DNA of 63,862 bases, filler included, from Octopus bimaculoides (Eukaryota): NCBI RefSeq assembly GCF_001194135.2. It is 9 parts of 8 records of this genome, joined end to end, with 100 filler letters (N's around TTAATTAATTAA, not from the genome) between each part and the next. Parts side by side here need not be neighbours in the genome. Positions count along the whole stretch, not along the records: positions 1 to 20,141 come from NC_069009.1; positions 20,242 to 33,180 come from NC_068983.1; 7 more parts are not named here. One strand, 5' to 3'. Positions 9,848 through 20,599 of this stretch are shown here, one piece after another; within the stretch, counting starts at the first letter, position 1, and the number at the start of each line of letters is the position of its first letter. Made by a program: the position numbers and the translations under genes. The notes below the pieces were generated by a model. The model saw only the letters and a program-made list of their open reading frames with translations, did not search any database and had not been told where the DNA came from.

Positions 9848-10256
9848 GTGAGTGGCAACGTTCTTCTTCTTTTTAATCATCATCATCATCATCATCGTTT
9901 AACGCCTGCTTTCCATGCTGGCATGGGTTGGACGATTTGACTGAGGACTGGTGAAACCGGATGGCTACACCAGGCTCCAATCTAAATTTGGCAGAGTTTC
10001 TACAGCTGGATGCCCTTCCTAACGCCAACAACTCCGAGAATGTAGTTTATATATATATATATATATATATCATCATCATCATCGTTGTTTAATGTCCGCT
10101 TTCCATGCTGGCATGGGTTGGACGATTTGACTGAGGACTGAATGCTTGTTACTACGTGGTACCTTCATCAGCAGGGTCACCGAGTAACATACAAGACAAG
10201 GAACCTTTGAGAGGGGAGGGGGTGGGGGAATTAGAGGAGGTGATCTTGTGTTAGGC

Positions 10257-10400
10257 AGAAACAGGTCTCTTGCTGTAGAGGGGGGTACATGATAAGAAAC
10301 AGGTCTCTTGCTGTAGAGGGGGGTACATGATAAGAAACAGGTCTCTTGCTATAGAGGGGGTACAAGAAACAGGTCCCTTGCTGTAGAGGGGGTACATGAT
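10257..10400. repeat. 38-bp minisatellite, about 4 copies
   Basis: agaaacaggtctcttgctgtagaggggggtacatgata. Confidence 0.85.
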
Positions 10401-10490
10401 TACCTGACCAAAAGAAGGTGGGGGGTGAAATTTATCTATGTGAAAGCCAATTGATAAAACTATGTTTGAATGGTTTTCTTTTTTTTGCAG

Positions 10491-10591
10491 AAGAGTAAAA
10501 ACAGTCAGATCTCGGCGTCTACGACGACATTCTCGTCCTCGTCTTCATCAATATCAAAAGTACCGAATACGCCAACAAAACAAGTTGTCAG
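10491..10591 (+). CDS. CNOT3: CNOT3 linker exon (101 nt, ends phase 2)
   Basis: ttttttgcag| KSKNSQISASTTTFSSSSSSISKVPNTPTKQVV+AG |gtgagt; the ORF track shows a different frame. Confidence 0.8.
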
Positions 10592-11060
10592 GTGAGTCAC
10601 CACGCAGTTTCTATCTCTGCCTCCATCTATTTCTGTCTCTTGTTTCTTCTCTCTCGCTCTGTTTCTTGCTCTCTCTCCCCTCTCCACCCGCTGGTGCATT
10701 AGGTCCTTGAGCAAGACACTTTATTTCATGTTACACCAGTCCACTCAGCTGGCAAAAATGCGTTGTACCTGTATTTCAAAAGAGCCAGCCTTGTTATATT
10801 CAGGGTCACAATGAATCTCCAAGAACTACATTACAGGTACACGTGTGTCTGTGGAGTACTCAGCCACTTGCATGTTAATTTTACAAGCAGACTGATCCGT
10901 CGATCGAATCACGTGGAAACTGTGTCATCGAAACCGGCTGAGTGCCAGCATATGCGTGCGAATATACCCTCTCCCCACCCACAAAGTGACTGACCCCCAC
11001 ACGTGTGCAATCGCATCTGATGCCTCTGTGAATTGAAAACCATGTTTCCTCTACTTTCAG

Positions 11061-11179
11061 CAATGCAACCATATCTAATTCTATAAGCAGCAACCACTTG
11101 ACAACTCCACCAACGACAACACCACCACCACAGACGCCATATGCGGCAGCAGCTGGAGGTCAACAGTCCAACTGTGCCG
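11061..11179 (+). CDS. CNOT3: CNOT3 linker exon (119 nt)
   Basis: ctactttcag| (S)NATISNSISSNHLTTPPTTTPPPQTPYAAAAGGQQSNCA+G |gtaagt; phases fit both neighbours; TPYA motif present. Confidence 0.82.
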
Positions 11180-12156
11180 GTAAGTGGACACACCATTCCT
11201 TCACCATCACCACCATCATCATCATCATCATCATCATCGTCGTTTAACGTCCGCTTTCCATGCTAGCATGGGTTGGACGATTTGACTGAGGACTAGCGAA
11301 CCAGATGGCTACACCAGGCTCCAATCTGATCTGGCAGAGTTTCTACAGCTGGATGCCCTTCCTAACGCCAACCACTTCGAGAGTGTAGTGTGTGCTTTTA
11401 CNNNNNNNNNNGCTACACCAGGCTCCAATCTGATCTGGCAGAGTTTCTACAGCTGGATGCCCTTCCTAACGCCAACCACTTCGAGAGTGTAGTGTGTGCT
11501 TTTACGTGCCACCAGCACGAAGGCCAGTCAGGCGGTACTGGCAACAGCCACGCTCGAAATGGTGTATTTTACGTGCCACCTGCACAGGAGCCAGTCCAGC
11601 AGGACTGGCAACAAACTCCCTTAAAAATAATAATAATAATAATCCTTTCTACTAGAAGCACAAGGCTTCAAATTTTGGGGGAAGGGATTAAGTCGATTAC
11701 ACTGACCCCCCAGTGCATAACTGGTATTTATTTAATCAACCCCAAAAGGATGAAAGGCAAAGTCAACGTCAGCAGAATTTGATCTCAGAATGTAATGACA
11801 GACGAAATACCACTAAGCATTTCGCCCCGTGTGCTAACAATTCTGCCAGCTCGCCGCCTTTCAGTTTCTGTCTACCAAATCCACTCACAAGGCTTTGGTC
11901 AGCCCGAGGCTATAGTAGAAGGCACTTGCCCAAGGTGCCATGCAGTGGGACTGAACCCGGAACCATGTGGTTGGGAAGCAAGCTTCTCACCACACAGCAA
12001 CTGTATATATTGACTAAAGAAAATAGTTTAATATTGGGGCATATAAACCCATGATGGATAAAAATGGGTATTGGTACAAGTAGGATTGAACCCAGATCTC
12101 TTATTTTTGTGATGTGGGTGTGTTTGTGAAGGAGATCAACAGGGTGACGTATATAG

Positions 12157-12422
12157 CAGGGGTTTTCAAACTGTGGTCCGCAGGGATAAGACGGGGTCCG
12201 TAGACAGCAAATACTTTTTATGGGCAATTTGATTTTATATATGTTTTTTAATCGAAATCTTTTAATTGACAATAAACCTTTTTGTTAAATAAATAAATGC
12301 AAAAGATATGTTATTTTAAGCAAATATTTATGTATAAATTTCATAAGCGTTTATGAGGGGGTCCCTAAGGTAAAGCCTGAAATATAAAGGTGTCCGCAAG
12401 TCAAAAAGTTTGAAAACCCCTG
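12157..12422 (-). mobile_element. Second copy of the same hAT MITE, opposite orientation
   Basis: same TIR; TSD GTATATAG/GTGTATAG (7 of 8 match); body is the reverse complement of 5035-5314. Confidence 0.88.
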
Positions 12423-12545
12423 GTGTATAGCATGTGGGGTGAGAGGCGAGAGATAGTAAGATTGACTTGAGAAATAACATGTAGCAGTTAACCATTGATC
12501 GATATATCTGTTGGTGTACAAAGCTCGTGGTTTTTCTAATTTCAG

Positions 12546-12997
12546 AGGTGAAGAACCAGCTGAACTCCAGCGACCAGTCATCTGTGAGTAGTTCCAGTAA
12601 CAACAGCGCCAACAGCTCATTAGTGCAGACGTCCGCAGCCAATTTAACATCCGTAACGACTGTGTCCAATAACGTCAGTACAGCGAACTTCGTCGGCAAC
12701 GCCTCGTCTGTGGCGCAGCAGGGCATGCCGCGAGGCACGCCGTCACCCCTTCCAATGGCCTCCATGCCGGTCAGTTCAGGAACACTCATCACATCTCTCT
12801 CGTCGTCGGCAGCAGCCTCCCTGGCGATGATCTCTTGCTCGTCGTCAACGGCAACGGTGAACACCACCACCACCAACAGCAGCAGTAACATGTGTATTAG
12901 CAGTGTGACCCCCAGCACCAACCTTCCTGCTGCAAAGTCCGACCTAGTCGTCATACTCAACGGTCCAGTGAACAACACTAGGCCTTCGCTGAACAAG
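12546..12997 (+). CDS. CNOT3: CNOT3 Ser/Thr/Asn-rich linker exon (452 nt)
   Basis: taatttcag| EVKNQLNSSDQ...LVVILNGPVNNTRPSLNK |gtaagt; open frame; LNGP motif as in vertebrate ALLNGP. Confidence 0.88.
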
Positions 12998-13042
12998 GTA
13001 AGTTCTTTGAAATTCTTTGTTTTCTACATCACTTCCATCCTT

Positions 13043-13430
13043 AAAAGTGGAGGTGCATGGCTTAGTGGTTAGGGATGTTGGACTCGTGATTGTAAGATTG
13101 GGGTTTCAATTCCTGGACTAGGCAATGCATTGTATTCTTGAGCAATGATTTCATCTTTAAAAAGTGGAAGTGCATGGTTTAGTGGTTAGGGTGTCAACAT
13201 CATGATCATAAGATTGTGGTTTCAATTCATGGACTAGGCAGTTTATTGTATTCTTGAGCAATGCTTTCATCTTGAAAAAGTGGAGGTGCATAGCTTCGTG
13301 GTTAGGGGTGTTGGACTCATGATCATAAGATTGTGGTTTCAATTCCTGGACCGGACGATGCATTGTGTTCTTGAGCAAAACTCTTTATTTCACAATATTC
13401 CAGTGCACTCAGCTGGCAAATACTATTTAT
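13043..13430 (+). repeat. Three tandem tRNA-like SINE heads (about 116-bp period)
   Basis: aaaagtggaggtgcatggcttagtggttagg...ggtttcaattcc...ttcttgagca at about 13043, 13160 and 13276. Confidence 0.85.
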
Positions 13431-13854
13431 TATTCCTGCGATAGACTGGCGTCCCATCCAAGGCGAAGTATACACACCAGAGATTCTGAGAAACTGGCTC
13501 AATGTATCTATATGACTCAAGAAGAACCTTTCATCTTTAAAACCCTTTAGCATTTAAACCAGCCCTAGATTTGAAGCGGACCTTTCTTCCAGTTCTTTGG
13601 TCTCACACTGTCCTTGTCCTTCTTGGAGACGAACGCCTTTGCTGAAGCTTCACCTTGGCACATAAAAGCACCCACTACACTCTGCGTGGTTGGCGTTAGG
13701 AAGGGCATCCAGCTGTAGAAATTCTGCCAAATCAGATTGGAGCCTGGTGTAGCCATCTGGTTTCACCAGTCCTCAGTCAAATCGTCCAACCCATGCTAGC
13801 ATGGAAAGCGGACGTTAAACGATGATGATGATGATGATGGTGGTGATGAAGCAT

Positions 13855-14120
13855 TGTGAATGCAGAAGATAAACCATGGGTCAGAACAAGCAATAATATG
13901 AGGAAGTTAGATCTGGACTATGCTGGGTGTGGGACCAGTCTGGTTCTTTCTGGTTCCTGTAGTTTATTCTGGGTCATTCGAGTGGCGTGAGGCTTTGTTT
14001 TGTCTTGCTGTAGATGGTCTCACTTTCTGTGGACCGATGTCGGGTGTTTTTGCCGCACAATGGAATACGTCTCCAGCTGTTCAGAGTACAGGTTAGCGTT
14101 GGTGGTTCAACTGTCTGGAA
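13855..14120 (-). mobile_element. mariner transposase relic
   Basis: frameshifted NANLYSEQLE..LQQDKTKPHATRMTQNKLQE..PHPA/SPDL..YYCLF (QDNARPH and HPAYSPDLAPSDY motifs). Confidence 0.7.
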
Positions 14121-14737
14121 TGAACTCTTACTCTTTTACTTGTTTCAGTCATTTGACTGTGGCCATGCTGGAGCACCACTTTCAGTCGAGCAAATCGACC
14201 CCAGGACTTATTCTTTGGAAGCCTAGTACTTATTCTATCGGTCTCTTTTGCCGAACCGCTAAGTTACGGGGACATACACACCAGCATCGGTTGTCAAGCG
14301 ATGTTGGGGGGGACAACCACAGACATACAAACACATACACACATACATATATTCATATATATATATATATACATATATATGACAGGCTTCTTTCAGTTTC
14401 CGTCTACCAAATCCACTCGCAAGGCTTTGGTCGGCCCAAGGCTATAGTAGAAGACACTTGCCCAAGATGCCACGCAGTGGGACCATGTGGTTCGTAAGCA
14501 AGCTACTTACCACACAGCCACTCCTACGCCTATGTATATATAGTGTTTATATGCATATGATGATGATAGAATTTTGAAAGGTTTTTATTTTGGGGATCTG
14601 TCCCCTCCTTGGACAATATAATACCAATAGTTTTTGGAGAGTCCATTTATTCATTTTTTAATGTTGGGACAGGTTGGACAGAAAAAAAAAGATGAATATA
14701 TAAATAAGACTTGTTTTTTCTTTTTTCAATTTTTCAG

Positions 14738-14797
14738 CTTCAAACATCTTTCCAGCATTTGAACCCCTCTCCAACTGCTGACCCTACAAATAGATAT
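14738..14797 (+). CDS. CNOT3: Probable CNOT3 exon (60 nt)
   Basis: long U-tract ttttcag| LQTSFQHLNPSPTADPTNRY |gtaagt; phase 0-0; supported by splice signals only. Confidence 0.7.
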
Positions 14798-14834
14798 GTA
14801 AGTAGGAACGCGGCTTGTTGTCATTGGTTTTCGT

Positions 14835-15058
14835 TTAACCCTTTTGGTACCAACCAACCTGTCTAAAACCAGCCCTGGTTCTTTCATACAAATTCTTGTT
14901 TTAAACTTAACTAAATTAAAACATTCTCATATCAATTTATGTTCCAAACACCAGCTTTAATAATGACAGTTATTTTACTAAATTCTTCAATATTTCCTAA
15001 ATTTAATTGAAAACAAAGGCAGTGCATTTCTGCAGAAGGATGGTAACAAAAGGCTTAA
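14835..15058. mobile_element. Second TTAA-bounded (piggyBac-like) MITE family
   Basis: TTAACCCTTTTGGTACCA ... TGGTAACAAAAGGCTTAA (18-bp inverted ends, 2 mismatches). Confidence 0.65.
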
Positions 15059-15596
15059 TATGTTAGCAGCTTCAGTTGAGTATTAGGTGGGGGTTGATGA
15101 CAGGAAGGGCATCCAGCTGTAGAAAATTTGCTACATAAATAGTGTTTGTCTATATATATATATATATATCGGCACAGGCATGGCTGTGTGGTTAACAAGC
15201 TCGCCTCCCAACCAAGTAGACTTGGGTTCAGTCCCAATACACCACAACTCGGGCATGTGTCTTCTACTATAAACGGCGGTGCATCAGCATGGCCGCAGCT
15301 CAAATGCCTGAAATAAGTAAAAGTGTAAAGAGTATATATATAAAGTTTATGTATTTGTTTTGCAAGATTCTTGATGTGAAATTGTGTGTTGAAACAGATA
15401 TTGTTATATTTGGTGGGATGGGGAGGGGGCGGTCATTTTGTTTTTTGTCTCTCCAGTACAGATAGTGTGTGTGTGTGTGTGTGTGTGTGTTTACTGGTAA
15501 AAAAGAAAAGAAAGACCATCCCGCAATATAACAATGCATATATGTCTACCATCATGGGTCTTATTTTCTGTCCGTCCGTTCCGTTCGTCTGTTTAG

Positions 15597-15705
15597 ATCT
15601 CTGACTCACTGTCCTCCCTCAAGTCAATAGCACAACAGGCTGTGATGAGTGCTGGTCTGGAGAATCACATACCTACATCTGATTCAGTCACACCCGATAA
15701 CCAAG
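15597..15705 (+). CDS. CNOT3: CNOT3 exon (109 nt, ends phase 1)
   Basis: ctgtttag| ISDSLSSLKSIAQQAVMSAGLENHIPTSDSVTPDNQ+G |gtacgt; contains the conserved LSSLKS motif that precedes the C-terminal region. Confidence 0.9.
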
Positions 15706-15849
15706 GTACGTCAACATATTTCTATCTGGCTGGCTGTCTCCCGATTCGTCCATCCATCTCTTTGTCTATCTATCTATCTATCCCTAGCTATCTGACTATC
15801 TCTTCATCCATTTCTATCCATCTTCACCTGTTTATCTATTTATCTGCAG

Positions 15850-15890
15850 GTTTATTGATGCAAACAACAAAGATAGGACTCAAAACATGA
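15850..15890 (+). CDS. CNOT3: Possible alternative terminal exon of CNOT3 (GLLMQTTKIGLKT*)
   Basis: ttatctgcag acceptor 144 nt after the previous donor; in frame to TGA at 15888-15890; no GT donor before the stop; AATAAA at 16022-16027. No homology support. Confidence 0.3.
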
Positions 15891-15923
15891 TTATATATAT
15901 ATATATATATATATATATTTTTA

Positions 15924-16018
15924 ATTTAGTAGAAGCAACAGGGGACAAGAGTTTCATGCGTTAGCACTTTATATGTGCTAATGTACAAAACTCTTGGCTT
16001 TTGTTGCTTCTGCTAAAT
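15924..16018 (+). ncRNA. Bulge-free 44-bp stem-loop (pre-miRNA-like or other structural hairpin)
   Basis: 15924-15967 pairs with 15975-16018: 35 Watson-Crick, 6 G-U, 3 mismatches; 7-nt loop. Confidence 0.45.
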
Positions 16019-17084
16019 ATTAATAAAAATATGTGTGTAGATTTGGGTGTATGTATGTATGCTGTGTGTGTATATATATATGCTGTGTATGTGTGTCTGT
16101 GTATATATATATATATGTGCTGTTTATCTATATATATGTATATATATATACATATGTGTGCTGTGTGTATATATATGCTGTGTATGTGTGTGTGTATGTA
16201 TATGTGCTGTGTATCTATGTGTGTATATATATGCTGTGTATGTATATATATTTGTGTATCTATGTGTGTGTGTGTATGTATGTATATATTTATATATATA
16301 TATATATACACATACATACACAGCATATATACACACACACANNNNNNNNNNNNNNNNNNNNNNNNNNNNNNNNNNNNNNNNNNNNNNNNNNNNNNNNNNN
16401 NNNNNNNNNNNNNNNNNNNNNNNNNNNNNNNNNNNNNNNNNNNNNNNNNNNNNNNNNNNNNNNNNNNNNNNNNNNNNNNNNNNNNNNNNNNNNNNNNNNN
16501 NNNNNNNNNNNNNNNNNNNNNNNNNNNNNNNNNNNNNNNNNNNNNNNNNNNNNNNNNNNNNNNNNNNNNNNNNNNNNNNNNNNNNNNNNNNNNNNNNNNN
16601 NNNNNNNNNNNNNNNNNNNNNNNNNNNNNNNNNNNNNNNNNNNNNNNNNNNNNNNNNNNNNNNNNNNNNNNNNNNNNNNNNNNNNNNNNNNNNNNNNNNN
16701 NNNNNNNNNNNNNNNNNNNNNNNNNNNNNNNNNNNNNNNNNNNNNNNNNNNNNNNNNNNNNNNNNNNNNNNNNNNNNNNNNNNNNNNNNNNNNNNNNNNN
16801 NNNNNNNNNNNNNNNNNNNNNNNNNNNNNNNNNNNNNNNNNNNNNNNNNNNNNNNNNNNNNNNNNNNNNNNNNNNNNNNNNNNNNNNNNNNNNNNNNNNN
16901 NNNNNNNNNNNNNNNNNNNNNNNNNNNNNNNNNNNNNNNNNNNNNNNNNNNNNNNNNNNNNNNNNNNNNNNNNNNNNNNNNNNNNNNNNNNNNNNNNNNN
17001 NNNNNNNNNNNNAAGGATCATGCCGCGGCCCCTGGCCTCAAAAGAGCACTGTGGCTCCACCATTCTTTATACCTTTTATCTTAG

Positions 17085-17124
17085 TCTCTTTCTCTCTCTC
17101 TCTCTGCCTCCGTCTACTCCGCTT

Positions 17125-17161
<37 letters not shown>

Positions 17162-17528
17162 CTCTGTCTACTCCCCTGTCTCTCATTTGCTTTTTCTGTA
17201 TGTCTGCTACTCTCTCACTCACTCAGTCAGTCTCTCTCTCTCTCCCTCTCTACCTCTAAATGCTACTCATTTTCTCTCCCCTTCCCTCTGTCTACTACTC
17301 TCTCACTCGCTCACATTTTCTCTTTACCTCTGTCTTCTCTCTCTCTCTCTCTACTTCTGTCTGCTACTTTCTCAATCACTCACTTTCTCTCTCTCTCTCT
17401 CTCTCTTTACCTCTGTCTACTCCTCTCTCTGTGTCTCTCTCTCCCTTTGACTACTCCTCTCTGTGTCTGCTACTCTCTCACTCACTCACTTTTTCTCTTT
17501 ACCTCTATCTACTCACTCTCTCTCTCTG

Positions 17529-17570
<42 letters not shown>

Positions 17571-17872
17571 ATTCCACTCTGCCTGCTACTTTCTCAATCA
17601 CTCACTTTCTCTCTTTACCTCTGTCTCCTCCTCTCTATCTGTCTTATTTGCTTTCTCTCTGTGTCACCTACTCTCTCTCACTTTCTCTCTCCCTCTGACT
17701 ACTCCTCTCTGTGTCTGCTACTCTCTCGCTAACTCACTTTCTCTCTCTCTCCCTCTGACTACTCTTCTCTCTGTCTCCTACTCTCACTCACTTTCTCTGT
17801 CCACCTCCCTCTCTTTTACTGTCTGTCTACCTCTTTCACTCTCTCTCATTTGTTTTCGGTCTTTGTCTGCTA

Positions 17873-17906
<34 letters not shown>

Positions 17907-18000
17907 GTCCATTTCCCACTCTTTTTCTCTCTACCACTCTCACTCTCTCTTTCTTTCTACCTATTCACCTCTCTCTCTGCCTATTCACCTCTCTCTCTCT
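17085..18000 (+). repeat. About 900-bp pyrimidine-rich (CT) degenerate tandem region
   Basis: recurring tctgtctgctactctctcactcactcactttctctctttacctctgtctactcc units among (CT)n. Confidence 0.8.
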
Positions 18001-20141
18001 GCGTTGCACAGTTTGACATGGAGCTGGCCAGAAGACCCCAGCTTTCTGTTGAGGCATGGCCCCTACAGCTGGACGCCCTTCCTGANNNNNNNNNNNNNNN
18101 NNNNNNNNNNNNNNNNNNNNNNNNNNNNNNNNNNNNNNNNNNNNNNNNNNNNNNNNNNNNNNNNNNNNNNNNNNNNNNNNNNNNNNNNNNNNNNNNNNNN
18201 NNNNNNNNNNNNNNNNNNNNNNNNNNNNNNNNNNNNNNNNNNNNNNNNNNNNNNNNNNNNNNNNNNNNNNNNNNNNNNNNNNNNNNNNNNNNNNNNNNNN
18301 NNNNNNNNNNNNNNNNNNNNNNNNNNNNNNNNNNNNNNNNNNNNNNNNNNNNNNNNNNNNNNNNNNNNNNNNNNNNNNNNNNNNNNNNNNNNNNNNNNNN
18401 NNNNNNNNNNNNNNNNNNNNNNNNNNNNNNNNNNNNNNNNNNNNNNNNNNNNNNNNNNNNNNNNNNNNNNNNNNNNNNNNNNNNNNNNNNNNNNNNNNNN
18501 NNNNNNNNNNNNNNNNNNNNNNNNNNNNNNNNNNNNNNNNNNNNNNNNNNNNNNNNNNNNNNNNNNNNNNNNNNNNNNNNNNNNNNNNNNNNNNNNNNNN
18601 NNNNNNNNNNNNNNNNNNNNNNNNNNNNNNNNNNNNNNNNNNNNNNNNNNNNNNNNNNNNNNNNNNNNNNNNNNNNNNNNNNNNNNNNNNNNNNNNNNNN
18701 NNNNNNNNNNNNNNNNNNNNNNNNNNNNNNNNNNNNNNNNNNNNNNNNNNNNNNCGGGTGGCACGTAAAGGCACCCACTACACTCTCAGAGTGGTTGGCG
18801 TTAGGAAGGACATCCAGCTGTAGAAACTCTGCCATATCAGATTGGAGCCTGGTGTAGCCATCTGGTTTCACCAGACCTCAGTCAAATCGTCCAACCCATG
18901 CTAGCATGGAAAGCGGACGTTAAATGATGATGATGATGATGATTCCTAGATACACTATGTCTGAATTAAAGACAAGATGGTCACAGTTGGAACACCATTT
19001 TGAGCGTGGCCATTGCCAGTACCGCCTGACTGGCCTTCGTGCGGGTGGCACGTAAAAGCACCCACTACGCCCTCAGAGTGGTTGGCGTTAGGAAGGGCAT
19101 CCAGCTGTAGAAACTCTGCCAAATCAGATTGGGGCCTTGTACAGCCATCTGGTTTCACCAGTCCTCAGTCAAATCGTCCAACCCATGCTTGCATGGAAAG
19201 CAGACGTTAAACGACGATGATGATGGTGATGATATAAATGTATGCTCCCTGATTTTAAACCAGATTAATAAGGACCAACATACGAAACACTTGGCCCCAT
19301 AACTTTTTTTCCCAATGTTAAAGAAGACCATGTCTTATATATATATATATATANNNNNNNNNNTTTTTTTTTTTTTTGTTCCCCTCCTTGATGCTGTGAC
19401 ACTTCATGGAAAGGGTTGGGGTAGAGTACGTGCCTGTTGTTGGTGCTGACGTTGACTAGCCCCTATTCAATCCTTGTCCAATAGATATGACAAGACTTTC
19501 TAGCTTTAACCTGGGTACGACAAACTGCATCAGGTGGTGAAACTCCAGCTGGGGAGCGTGGAGTCACTCCTTAACTACCATTATCCCCGAGTTCATTCTG
19601 ATCTGGAACAGGTCAGATCCTGTCAAGGTCCCCATCTATGAGTTAAATGGATTTTTGTAAGTGGTCGCTTGAGCTCCTTAGCAGCAGTGAAAGCAATCAT
19701 TCTAGAAGGAAAACTCCTAAACAATGGAGGCCTGCTAGAAATAACAGCTAAATTGCCCTCAAATCACACCTTTGTGACTTAGGATCATCATTATCATATA
19801 TACGACGGGCTTCTTTCAGTTTCCGTCTACCAAATCCACTCACAAGGCTTTGGTCGGCCCGAGGCTATAGTAGAAGACACTTGCCCAAGGTTCCACGCAG
19901 TGGGACTGAACCCGGAACCATGTGGTTGGTAAGCAAGCTACTTACCACACAGCCACATATATATACATATATACGATGGGTTTCTTTCAGTTTCCGTCTA
20001 CCAAATCCACTCACAAGGCTTTGGTCAGCCCGAGGCTATAGTAGAAGACACTTGCCCAAGGTGCCACGCAGTGGGACTGAACCCGGGACCATGTGGTTCG
20101 TAAGCAAGCTACTTAGCACACAGCCACATATATATACATAT

Positions 20142-20241
20142 NNNNNNNNNNNNNNNNNNNNNNNNNNNNNNNNNNNNNNNNNNNNTTAATTAATTAANNN
20201 NNNNNNNNNNNNNNNNNNNNNNNNNNNNNNNNNNNNNNNNN
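20142..20241. other. Artificial scaffold join (N44-TTAATTAATTAA-N44)
   Basis: identical 100-bp structure also at 33181, 37720, 40494, 56628, 58771, 60763 and 62670. Confidence 0.95.
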
Positions 20242-20599
20242 TCCTTTTAATCGCCATGCTTTATTTAAGCTTCTTTACTTTATTCCAGTTTATGGTTCCT
20301 TTAACTCATTCTCTCTAAATCAGTCTACCATAGTATAAAAGTACAGAAGTGGCTCTCCCTTTAAACTTACTGGCTCGTAGCATACCCACCCCCACACTCT
20401 CCACCAGTACTGGAAGTTCTTATCCTCTGTCATCCTTGGTTGCCTCCGGCGAGCACTTCTAGGGTCCTTATACTATCCCCTCCCGTACCCTGGGTCTTAT
20501 CGACCTTATAGCGCATAAAGATTGTGGAGTGTAAGCAGGTTGTAGGCATTGTTTTGTTTATGAATTCTGCCACATGCAAGCTTTCTTTTCAGGCACAGG

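Noticed and set aside
9940-9965. CUGAGGA-CUGGU-GAAA in the abundant SINE (minus-oriented copies)
   Set aside because: Only 5 unpaired nt lie between the boxes, so there is no helix II, and no helix I was found
12328-12996. 222-aa minus-strand ORF
   Set aside because: Antisense shadow of the 452-nt CNOT3 exon
16001-18871. Very long ORFs (up to 565 aa) in the track; similar ones at 38151-39443, 42526-43292, 44139-44892 and 52191-53067
   Set aside because: They are runs of N plus (TA)/(TG)/(CT) microsatellite, with no real coding sequence
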